From Octopus sinensis (lineage: Eukaryota): a stretch of DNA of 64,000 bases. Position 1 is the first letter of the stretch. Every line of letters begins with the position of its first letter. This document shows positions 52,913 to 64,000 of the stretch, piece by piece. The notes under the pieces were generated by a model. It was given only the letters and a program-made list of their open reading frames with translations, searched no databases and had not been told where the DNA came from. The DNA is taken from assembly GCF_006345805.1 (NCBI RefSeq), contig NC_043002.1:63302001-63366000 (forward strand), read 5' to 3'. The position numbers and the translations under genes were made by a program.

Positions 52913-53990
52913 ACCCATTGTATATAGATGTAACTTAACAACTTTAGGGAAACAAATTCTCTTTCCTAGGTTTCTTTCAAGATAATATTCAGGAGTTCTT
53001 TAGTGGAGAAACACTAAGCTATATTTTCTCTTGTTGTATAGTTACATTCAGAAATAAATAGATCGGTATGCTTAACAGAGTTGTAGGTTGCATATACCTA
53101 AAGCAATGACATAATGAAACACAAAGTAAAATGGAGTAGGGCACACACACACACACACACATAGATATATATACGGCAAAAAAGAGAAAATGGCGAGGAT
53201 ACAAAATAACATACACCAGCTGGTAGATATTTCCGTGTGTCTATTTATTCAAAAGTATTAGGAAGTATTAGAAGAGTACATACACATATGTGTTACACAT
53301 ATAGTAAATATGTGTTACACAAACGTGTATTGATTGATGTTACATTAAAGAGTATAATATCAGTTCCTTACGGCCGTTTCTATCATGAGGCATGGAAATG
53401 TTCCATTCTATCTCCATCTCTTCGGTGTTCTGTAGGGACAAGCACATAAAGTTTGGATGATGAGTGTCCTTCTAGGTGTCTTCAGAGTCTAAATGTTTAT
53501 GAGGGATAATTCCTTAGTTGGTTGGCTTCAAAACCTTTAAATCTCACCCCTCTCTTCTCTCTCCACTTGATCGATGTTCGACCAAGCCTGACCTTTCTTT
53601 GTTGGTTCGAATACCATCCATGCAACATCTATATTTCTCCCTCTGCCTGTCAAATCTTATATACCTGGCATAAATCTTTACTTCCACACTCGTCAGCTTA
53701 ATTTAATTCGCCCTTAGTCGAAAGACAACCGTTGTTATTTGTATTTGTGTACCATTTCTCCCGATCTTTTGCATTCTTGTTTTCGTATACATTCGCAGCT
53801 TTCTTCTAAGGAATCTAGTGCTCTTAGCTTAGTTTTTCCTTGGGGTTGGCCAGATAGAAGGAATGTCGAGTATAACCAGCCGAATTTGCAAAGATAATAT
53901 GGAAGTCGCCTGAGGAAAGAAAACTCCGATTGTCCCGTCCTTGTTTTCTTTGTATCATCTGTCCGGAAGCTTTGCATTTTTTACCATTTT

Positions 53991-54047
<57 letters not shown>

Positions 54048-54050
<3 letters not shown>

Positions 54051-54188
54051 ATCTACCAAATCCACATTCAAGGCTTATGTTCTGCTAGACATTGTGGAAG
54101 AATAGACTAACCCAAGGTGCTACACATTGGGCTTGAACCTAGAATAATGTGGTGGGTAGCAAGGTTATTACCACACAGCCACACCTGT
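54048..54188 (-). mobile_element. SINE family B head, diverged
   Basis: Reverse-complement match. Confidence 0.75.
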
Positions 54189-54489
54189 ACGCGTGCACAC
54201 ACACTCACACACGATAATATAGTAAAGTAGTGCCAAAAGAAAATTGAAACCTATACTGGATATTATATGAGTTCCCAACTTGAAAATGTTTCCTTCATAG
54301 AATGTACGATAATTACATAGGACATTTTTCATAGCTAGGTGTGAAGTAAGATATATAATATTTCCTCTTTTATAATATTGCGCACTAAGCACTCAGTTAT
54401 AAACACTTTCCACATATTTTGGTATTTACCTATTTTATACACATACAGCTAATATATTGCAATTTTTATGGGTTATACTTCGATATGTG

Positions 54490-54792
54490 GAAGCATATGG
54501 CCTCGTATTAAGAGCAGCAGATTCACAGTAGAGGGATCGTGGGTTCGGATCTCAGACCGGACGATGTGTGTCTTTATGAGCGAAAGACCTAAGGTCCACA
54601 CGACTCCGACAGAAGGTAATGGTGAAATTCTAATGACTCTTTTGTCACAACTTTCTCTCACTCTTTCCTCCTGCATCTAACGGCTCACCTGCGACGGATT
54701 GGCGTCCCGTCCAAGTGGGGAACCTGTACGCCAATGAAACAGGGAAGCCAGCCATTATGAGCCAGGCATGACGTGAGAAAGAACAAACAACA
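54490..54792 (+). mobile_element. SINE family C, tail C2
   Basis: Match to 15863-16165. Confidence 0.85.
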
Positions 54793-54924
54793 ATAAGATA
54801 ATTCGATATATGTGGAGGCACGTGACTTAGTGATTGGGATATTCGACCGGTGATGATAAGATCGTGTGTTCTATTTCCGGCAGTGCGTTATGTCCTTGAG
54901 GAAGACAATATATTGTCCGTTGTA

Positions 54925-55154
54925 GGCGTCGAGCTGGCAGAAACGTTAGCACGCCGGACGAAATGCGTAGTCGTATTTCGTCTGCCGTTACGTTCTGAGT
55001 TCAAATTCTGCCGAGGTCGACTTTGCCTTTCATCCTTTCGGGGTCGATAAATTAAGTACCAGTTACGCACTGGGGTCGATGTGATCGACCTAATCAATTT
55101 GTCTGTCTTTGTTTGTCCCCTCTGTGTTTAGCCCCTTGTGGGTAGTAAAGAAAT
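54925..55154 (+). mobile_element. SINE family A, tail type 2
   Basis: Match to 1314-1538. Confidence 0.92.
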
Positions 55155-55519
55155 AAATATATCGTCCGTTGCTCCAGTGCAAAAATTGTAACTGTATTTC
55201 AAAGGGTCCGACTTTATCACATTCTTTACCACTGAAAACTACAATAAGGGTGCAGCTGTCTGTGGGTTGCTCAGCAAGCCTCAAGGTAATATCACAAGAA
55301 AGCTCTTTAGTTGATGTAAACAACTGGAACATTTGTTGTCGTACACGGCGGAGGGGCTAGGCGCTAAGACATGCGTGTAACACATTAGTATAAGCAAATC
55401 TTTCTTGTTGAACTCGTTTATTTCATTTCCTTTAGTTGTCATCATACAATATGAGGATGTCCATATACACCGTTATTTATTAAGCAACCGTCCGCATTGC
55501 ATACATATTCTTTCATTCT

Positions 55520-56000
<481 letters not shown>

Positions 56001-56099
56001 CCAGCACCAATATTGCATGATTTAAATTTTTCGTTCACAATATAATCAGGAAAGCGTTGAAGAGAGGAGGATATTTTAAATGATTCTATTCTAATAGAA

Positions 56100-56532
56100 T
56101 TCTGTAGAATTGTTTCTCATTTGCCCATGGTTTGTTCAATCCATTTTCTGTTTTTTGGGGATCCCCACCTCTGAACGTGTTTCTGTCCATTATGCCTTGT
56201 AGCTAATCCCTTACGCTTTAGCATCTTTTCGTCCTGCTTCAATCATCATAGATTTTCTCATACATTATCCTTTCATAAATTTGTAATATTTAGTCTTTCA
56301 GAGACCGTGCTGCACTCCATATGTGATTCTCGAATCATGACAGGTTTTCCACGCAGTTATTCACATTCTATAATATTGTATTTATGACTTCCTAAAATCT
56401 TGAAAACAGATTTACTGTTGTTAGAACATTTAAGATTTTATGCTTCTCAAGAATTAGTTTTAATCTATTTTCCCTGTGAGCGTGACACGCAAGTGTTTTT
56501 AACGTATTTCATGAAATATATCTGTCTGTATA

Positions 56533-56586
<54 letters not shown>

Positions 56587-57200
56587 AGCTATTTAAACAT
56601 AAAATCTTGCCATTATCTGATGCTGTCAAACTATCGTTTCTATTCCGTCTAGCCACGTTTCTCTTCATATGACCAGCCACGACTTTTCAGGCCCAGAGTT
56701 CTTAGTTTTCAATAACATCACTTCGAATAATTTCTTGTTCATAACCACACTGTCCAATATTCTACTCCTTCTGCTGTTAATGTTGTATGTATTTCTAATT
56801 TATTTCAACATTTCTTTTCGATAAAAATAATTTTTATGTTGGAATTGAAATGCTTGTATTGTTCAAAGAAACGCTATTGTTTTTCATACCAACGCATTCT
56901 TTGACCAATTACGGAGATTCTCTTGTTACAGGCGTTCTTTGATTTCAAGTAATTCTTTTCTTTCGATGTTATAGTTCAGTACTACTTGTGTCTAGGCCTT
57001 CTTTCTTCCTGTTATTCCATTTCATTATTGATTTCATTAGTGATAAATGCTGTTGTTTTCTTCATATATTGTCGTATATTGTTTTATTTACTTTCAAATT
57101 CAAACAACAGCAGATATAGGTATGGACGGGCTTTCCTTTGTAACCATCACTGTTTTATGTATTATTTCATTTGTCCGTGTGAAGTCGATTTTCGTGTTTT
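56100..57200 (-). mobile_element. Possible highly decayed RTE-like LINE C-terminal relic
   Basis: Scattered minus-strand motifs AGHMKR and QGIMD..PKNRKWIEQ; no continuous frame. Confidence 0.35.
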
Positions 57201-57229
57201 CATTAAGTCAGTGATGTCCAACTTTCATC

Positions 57230-58030
57230 TCTTCTTCTTCTTCTTCTTTCTTCTTCTTCTTCTTCTTCTTCTTCTTCTTCTTCTCCTTCTTCTTCTTCTT
57301 CCCCTCCTTTATCTTCTCGTTCCTCTTCTACTACACCTTCCCCTTCTGCTTCCTCTTTACTTCTACTTTTCTATATCTTCTTCTTCTTCTTCTTCTTTCT
57401 TCTTCCCCTCCTTTATGTTCTCGTTCCTCTTCTACTACACCTTCCCCTTCTGCTTCCTCTTTACTTCTACTTTTCTTCATCATCTTCTTCTTCTTCTTCT
57501 TCTTCCCCTCCTTTATCTTCTTGTTCCTCTTCTACTACACCTTCCCCTTCTGCTTCCTCTTTACTTCTACTTTTCTTCATCTTCTTCTTCTTCTTCTTCT
57601 TCTTCTTCTTCCTCTCCTTTATCTTCTTGTTCCTCTTCTACTACACCTTCCCCTTCTGCTTCCTCTTTACTTCTACTTTTCTTCATCTTCTTCTTCTCTT
57701 CTTCTTCTTCTTCTACTTCTTCTTCTTCTTCTTCTTCTTCTTCCCCTCCTTTATCTTCTCGTTCCTCTTCTACTACACCTTCTCCTGCTGCTTCTTCTTT
57801 ACTTCTACTTTTCTTCATCTTCTTCTTCTTCCCCTCCTTTATCTTCTTGTTCCTCTTCTACTACACCTTCCCCTTCTGCTTCCTCTTTACTTCTACTTTT
57901 CTTCATCTTCTTCTTCTTCTTCTTCTTCTTCTTCTTCTTCTTCTTCTTCTTCTTCTTCTTCCTTCTCTACTTCTTCTTTTTCTTCTGCTTTTTCTTTTCC
58001 TCTTCTTCTTCTTCTTCTTCTTCACCACCA
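57230..58030. repeat. Polypyrimidine minisatellite: six ~78-bp units separated by variable (CTT)n
   Basis: Unit cccctcctttatcttc..ctacaccttccccttctgcttcctctttacttctactttt starts at about 57301, 57405, 57505, 57611, 57743 and 57831. Confidence 0.92.
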
Positions 58031-58721
58031 GCGTTTTAGCCGTCCTCATCCTCATCATCATCATCATCATCACCATTACCATCACCACCGCCAGCATAAC
58101 CATATCCCTCGCTGTGACTCTCGTTCTTCTCGTCACCATCATCATGGAGCAACCTAGAATATCAGGTCTCCAACAGATCTCACTTTGCAAAAGCCAAACC
58201 TGTGTGTTCACTAGGGCGAATGAAAGATTGAAGATGCCGCAGAATATTATTGCAAATGATTATCTCAATCACCTTTCAGGGTGTTAGAAGTGAATGCGAT
58301 AGAAGGATAATTTGACAGAATCAGATCGTTTGACTTTCTTAGTAATGGGACTGACGAATATATGGGTTAGCATGGGGGTGCAGTGTTTCATGGAAGTGGA
58401 AGGGTTGTTGATAATATAGATTTGATGTGACAGGAATTGCTTTTATACAGAATGTGTATGTGAGCTTTTTACAGAGCTTGGTAGATTCAAAAGAGATGAG
58501 TTCGAAGTGTCCAACTAGATTTAACAAACGTAGAGTTGAATAGAAATGGTAGCAAATATGGAAAATTTTGCATAAGATCTGAGTTGAAAATAGGAAAGGA
58601 ATATTTTCATTGAGGAGTGAAGGAAAGGATGCTTCTTAATATCCCTAATTTGGGGGAATTCGCGTTTACTTAAAGTAGTCTTGATATATTCATCGCCTTC
58701 GTAATATTTTGTTTTGGATAA

Positions 58722-59548
58722 GGCGACAAGTTTGCAGGAACGTTAGCACGCCGGGCGAAATGCTTAGCGGTAATGCGTCTGTACTTACGTTCTGAGTTCT
58801 AATTCTGCTGAGGCCAACATTACTTTTTATCCTTTCGGGGTCGATGAATTACGTGCCAGTTGCGTACTGGGGTCGATCTAATCGACTGGCGTCCTCTCCA
58901 GAAATTTCGGGCCTTATGCCCCTTGTGCTAGGGTAGAAAAGAATATTTCGTTGGGGTAAGGCTGTGAGCTGTCAGAAACGCTAGCACGCCGGGCGAAATG
59001 CCTAGCGGTATTTCGTCTGCCGCTACGTTCTGAGTTCAAATTCCACCGAAGTCAACTTTGCCTTTCATCCTTTCGGGGTCGATTAAATAAGTACCAGTTA
59101 CGCACTGGGGTCGATATAATAGACTTAATCCATTTGTCTGTCCTTGTTTGTCCCCTCTGTGTTTAGCCCCCTGTGGGTAGTAAAGAAATAGGTATTTCGT
59201 CTGCCGTTACGTTCTGAGTTCAAATTCCGCTGAGGTTGACTTTGCCTTTCAGCCTTTCCGGGTCGATAAATTAAGTACCAGTTACGCACTGGGTTCGATA
59301 TAATCGACTTAATCCCGTTGTCTGTCCTTGTTTGTCCGTTCTATGTTTAGATCCTTGTGGGCAATAAAGAAATAAGAAACGCTAGCACGCCAGCCGAAAT
59401 GCTTGGCTGTATTGTGTCTGTTTTTACATTCTGAGTTCAAATCTTCCCGGGGTGAACTTTACCTTTCATCATTTTAGGGTTGATAAATTAAGTACCAGTT
59501 GACTGGTCCCTGTCCCAAAACTTTCGGCCTTGTGCCTAGAATCGAAAA
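58722..59548 (+). mobile_element. Head-to-tail stack of four SINE family A copies with tails in the order 1, 2, 2, 1
   Basis: Copies start at about 58722, 58957, 59190 (5'-truncated) and 59376. Confidence 0.9.
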
Positions 59549-60034
59549 AAATATTTTGTTGTAGATGGATTTAGGAAAGAAAAAGGTCTACCGGTAGGGT
59601 ATAGGTGGTCTTGAATATCTTAAATAACGCTTGTATATAAATGAGACACATACATTGAGTTTGTAAACATAGTTTAAATCGTGTCTATCACTTCGGTGTT
59701 TAATCTAAGTTTAATAGATTTGCAATCGGAGTCGAAGCTAGGAAAAAACAGTACGTATTGTCCGTTTTACTCTCTTTAATATTTCCTCAGCAATGCGTAT
59801 GACTGTGATTACTTGCACTTGGCTACTGGCTTTTAACTGATAGATTTGTTCACCATTTCCATATAGTGCTGTTAATATATTGCAGTAGCATTTTAGGTTA
59901 TAGTGCGGTAGAATATCATTTTTTTTTTTAGTAATAAGCTCCCGTTTTCCTTCCATAATATTGATTATAGTTCACTAGTATTAGTGCTTTTTTAATACTA
60001 ACGTCAACTATCCATTCATTTTAATGTGTTGAAC

Positions 60035-60215
60035 TGGCAGGAACGTTAGCTAAAATGCTTCGTAGCAATTCATCTGTCTATATGCTCTGAGTTCAAATGA
60101 CGGCAAAGTTGACTGCGTTTCCCTTTCTTCATTTGCGATTGGTAAAACCAAGTACCAGTTACCTGCTGGAGTGGATGATATTGAATAGTGCCTTCCCACA
60201 ATATTTCAATACTGA
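60035..60215 (+). mobile_element. SINE family A, old and diverged
   Basis: gaactggcaggaacgttagc..gagttcaaat..aagtaccagtt. Confidence 0.65.
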
Positions 60216-60264
60216 TCCCAGGAAGCGAAAGTAAATATATATATTTTACTTGGGCTTGGGGGGG

Positions 60265-61280
60265 GGGCAGTGTCTTCATACACGGACGACGTCACCGTCA
60301 TGGTATCGGTCGCCTTCGAAGTAGAGACGGTCGGCTCAATTGTAAAGGAATATATGTCAGTTACAAGACACAAAATCAATGCCAACATGTCGGTGGGATT
60401 GCGACCGGGCACCTGGAGAGGCAGACCGACGCAATCGGACGCTGGACTGAAGGACTAGTTAAACTGCTCGGAGTCTCGTTTGGTACCGACCTCAAGGTAG
60501 ATAAGAACTTGGAAGAGGTGACGAACAGTGTGAGTTCTCTTACCCAGAAATGCGCAGAGAGGAAGTTGTCGCTGAAAGGTCGGGCAGAGGTGGCGAATGA
60601 TTACATCCCCTCTGTCATTATTGTCTGACCGTTGCGACTTGCCCCAGTTGCTGCATGATTAGATTGTATCGTATTTATTTTCATGAGGAAGGGACGCTTT
60701 CCAATGGTCAGAATGTCGGTAAGCTGCCAACTTCCTTTGCGTGGCGGCTTAGACATGCCATGGATTTTAATGCGCAGACACGCACTCAGGTAATTTCCAG
60801 AAGGTAAACGTGTGTGGGTTCCGTTTGCGAGACACATCTTTCCGAAGTTCGTCTCTTGGACGAAGGCGCATTCGTTGGTAAAGGATAGGCCCAGACTGAG
60901 AACCTGTCAATTAGAATGTCGTCAGGCGCGCACTGTCCTACAAGCCAGACAATAGGATCGGTGGATATTCCAGTCGAGTTAGTTACAGAGGATTAGTAGT
61001 GGGGAATTACGACGACGTTCTCAAGAAGACCTTAGGCGTCGACAAAAATGAGCTTGCAAGTCTATTCCGGAGGACTTTCCGGTCGGGTACTATTATGGAT
61101 AATTTCGGGGGACGATACCGGTTCGAGATAAACTCTACAGGCTCGAATGTGCTGTCAGACGGACTGGCCCGAAGAGCTCGCAGAGGGACAAAACCGATCT
61201 GCACGCACTCGTTTAGTGTCCAGACATTGCTAACTTGTGAAGTTAAGCCGAACAGCTGCTGTCGCGTGTAAGATATATCC
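60265..61280 (+). mobile_element. L1/Tx1-clade LINE fragment, from the RT C-terminal part to the CCHC region
   Basis: SSYTDDVTVMV..KINAN..VKLLGVSFG..KLSLKGRAEVAN..GGLDMP..LHALV*CP. Confidence 0.85.
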
Positions 61281-62275
61281 AGTCGTTAGATGTTTCGAGA
61301 TATTTTGCCAGTCCAGTTCTGGTGGTTATGTAGGAGATTTCAAATTGGCCCAAGCCACGACCTCATTGAGCTCTGGGTAGGTAAAGACAAGCCGCGTCTG
61401 CCTTTGGGAGGCGCGTCTTGTTGCAAGTCAGCAGCTTATGGATGCTTTTTCTGTCAATCTTTCTCATTTCGCTCATATTCCAGTTCACCACATTGAATCT
61501 GTAAATAACAACGGAACTGTTCAGATAGTTTTAGCTAACACCTTATTACGTGCATTTAACTCGGATTTTAGGACTGCTGGAACTCTCCTGTGACACTTCA
61601 TCCTGATGTTTTTCATACTTGCATGTTGAATGCCAGAGCCCTAATTTATTCCGATGTATTTGTAAGTATATTCTGGCTCGTGTTCTTTTATAACTGTTTC
61701 AACTTCCAACACCACTGAGTGCGAGGTCTTCAATTTTCCTTTCTGGAAAGTGGCCTTGGCACATTTATCAAGACCAAATTCCATCCCGGTGTCATCACTG
61801 AATGCTTTCACAGTATGTAGTATTCTTTCAACCTCACTATCATCTTTGCCATAGAGTTTTAAGTTATCCTTATAAAATAGATTACTTATTTTATTGTCGC
61901 CAATCTTACACCTATATCCTGTCCTATTAAGTTCACTTTTAAGGGGAATTTTGGCTATGCAGAAAATTAAAGGTGAAAGTGAGTCACCTTGGAGAATGCG
62001 TCAGTTGATATTAATATTTTTCTGGGGGCTGTATTACATTAGAGTGATACAAGTGAACATTCGTATTCCACATCATTCACATGTTGTGCTTCAAGGAGTT
62101 TAAAATCGCAGGAGGAAATTTAAAGATATCCAGCGATTTCAAGATCTCTGTATGCGGTATGCTGTCGAAGGCACGCAATCAGTTCATGCAGAACATATTT
62201 CTGCTTTTGTTATTACAGTTCTCAAAGAACGTGTTCTTCATTAAGAATTAGTCTTTGCATTCATATGAGTCTCGT
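61280..62275 (-). mobile_element. R4/Dong-clade LINE reverse transcriptase fragment
   Basis: RAFDSIPH..ILQGDSLSPLIFC..KISNLFYKDNLKLY..FSDDTGMEFGLDKCAK..LKSELNARNK..CLYLPRAQ*GRGL. Confidence 0.9.
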
Positions 62276-62284
62276 ACTCATAGT

Positions 62285-62820
62285 GTACATTAACTCCTAA
62301 TATGCCATACAATTTCACCATTTTGTCCACAAATTCTGCACTTATCACTTTCTGATGTGTTGTCTATTCTGTATTTGATTTAATTGGATCTTAATGCTTG
62401 CTTTTTGGCAGTACAGATTAGAGACTCCGTTTTCAGCCTTAAGTCACTTTTAGTCATCTACAGTCATCTACTTTCTCTGTCTGCCTTATCTCCAACATCC
62501 CTATGAAAGTGTCCATGCATTCTTTTCTTTATCCACCCATTTTCATTTCTATTCATTCTCAATGCTTTATCTTTGCAATCTTACATCCTACACAAGCCTT
62601 GTCTTCTGAATTCCAATAATGGCGGTTCTGTTGCATTTCTTACATACCATGCTATGTTGTTTCTTCTGCTCTAATGCTATGATCGTATCCTATCAGTTCT
62701 CTTCTCCCTCTTTTTCTTGGTGCATACAGTCTGTCTGTGCCAATTTTTGGATGAAGTATCCCATAACTTGTTAGCAAATTCCTTCTCTTACTATCTAAGC
62801 TATTTAGTTCGTCTACTGTC

Positions 62821-62822
<2 letters not shown>
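62285..62822 (-). mobile_element. R4/Dong-clade LINE fragment (post-RT region to CCHC knuckle) whose 5' end abuts (TAA)n
   Basis: WTVDELNSLDSK..HPK..DRLYAPRK..MHGHFHR..QALRSN*IKYRID..KCRICG..WHI..C. Confidence 0.88.
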
Positions 62823-62880
<58 letters not shown>

Positions 62881-62884
<4 letters not shown>

Positions 62885-63077
62885 TAGTTTTATTTTTATA
62901 GCGTGCTTTCACTTCACTACCGAGCGCAGCTCTGTGTGCCTTGGGTATGTGCTGTGATTTGTTGTGATGCTCTGATGGTTATTGTATGGAAAGTGTTCTG
63001 CGTAGGATGTGTGCAGTGCCTAGTAGTGCAATTTTCTGTATGTTATATGTGTTTGTAAGTCCTGGTGTTTTTGTTAT

Positions 63078-63079
<2 letters not shown>
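62881..63079 (-). mobile_element. R4/Dong-type extreme 3' end flanked by (TAA)n on both sides
   Basis: NIQKIALLGTAHILRRTLSIQ* plus a short 3' UTR; (ATT)n at 62823-62880 and 63080-63135. Confidence 0.85.
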
Positions 63080-63138
<59 letters not shown>

Positions 63139-63139
63139 A

Positions 63140-63335
63140 AACTGTGAGCTAGCAGAATGTTTGGCACGTCGGGCGAAATGTTTAGCAGTATTGAACGTTC
63201 AAAGTTAAAATTCCGTCGAGGTCGACTTCGCCTTTCTTTCTTTTGGAGTCGATAAAATAATAACGTGTTAAATACTGGGGTCGATGTAATCGATTATCCA
63301 CCACCCCCAAATTTCAGGCGTTATTCCTATACTAA
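63140..63335 (+). mobile_element. SINE family A, diverged
   Basis: gagctagcagaatg..gaggtcgacttcgcc..ctggggtcgatgtaatcga. Confidence 0.75.
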
Positions 63336-64000
63336 AAAAAAGATTATTATTATCATCATCATCATCCTCATCATCATTATCGTCATTGTTGTTATTATTT
63401 TTTGTTTCCTCACTTGTCCTGTGCGCAGGTGTTTTGAGAACTGTCCGAGAATATTTTGATAGTTAACCAATTTTACTGGAGGAGAATTTTTGAATTCTGG
63501 ATTGTTTTAAGCATCTCATATTTCAAAAGGGAAGAACAAAGAAACACAATACATGAACAATCTCATTCAGTTTAAATAATTTTCAACATAGCTTGTTTGC
63601 TCTACATGAGATGCAGTCGGAATAAAGAGAAAGAAGTGTGACTAGTACTGGATATGACCCTTTTCAAAATTACTGTCATTAAAAATTTTGAACACAAAAA
63701 GAAATTAATAAGAGGAGATAAATTAGAAAATTTATTTCTAAAAATTAAAAACGGGAAAATTAACAAGAAACAAACGCATATAATCTCAAGTAGAGACTGT
63801 CAAAATTTAATATCCGTAAGCTCAAATGTGCACAACATAAAAGATACATGTACCAAGAGAATCAACGTACACACACACACTTGTTGTCAAACAATGCCAG
63901 TAAAGAAAAAAAAATCCGCTGTTTTATTTTTGCTAATGTTACCAGTAACGTAATTTGAGCATGAACAACCTGGTTAAAAATAAACAATAATGAAAATAAA

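Noticed and set aside
57301-57910. CRISPR-like repeat/spacer look
   Set aside because: Eukaryotic context, repeats too long, and the spacers are simple (CTT)n rather than unique sequence.
56986-58287. 433-aa ORF and overlapping ORFs
   Set aside because: Translation of the (CTT)n minisatellite; low complexity.

Overview
Eukaryotic, AT-rich, extremely microsatellite-dense window. The tRNA-derived SINE families and repeat landscape look like an octopus (coleoid cephalopod) genome; that assignment is inferred from recognising the repeats, not from a search. I cannot identify any host protein-coding gene with confidence, and almost all ORF-track entries are translations of (TA)n/(CA)n/trinucleotide tracts or repeat fragments. 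What can be supported: (1) dozens of tRNA-derived SINE copies from at least 4 families, labelled A, B, C and E here; (2) LINE fossils: a CR1/L2-group 3' end, an L1/Tx1-like fragment, five R4/Dong-like pieces mostly at (TAA)n tracts, and a possible RTE relic; (3) DNA-transposon fossils: a near full-length IR-DR Tc1 (DD34E), a fold-back mariner, two Tc1/mariner relics and a hAT relic; (4) several unrelated short modules inserted in (TA)n tracts that carry type I hammerhead-ribozyme folds. One of these is fully canonical (14802-14853), one has a compensatory U3-A8 core (13189-13246), and several are decayed. They resemble Penelope-like-element terminal repeats or retrozymes, and several sit inside the internal microsatellite of SINE family B. 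Coordinates were read by eye, so expect a few bp of error. Single-base irregularities in (TA)n tracts suggest residual long-read indel error, so 1-nt deviations need read-level confirmation.
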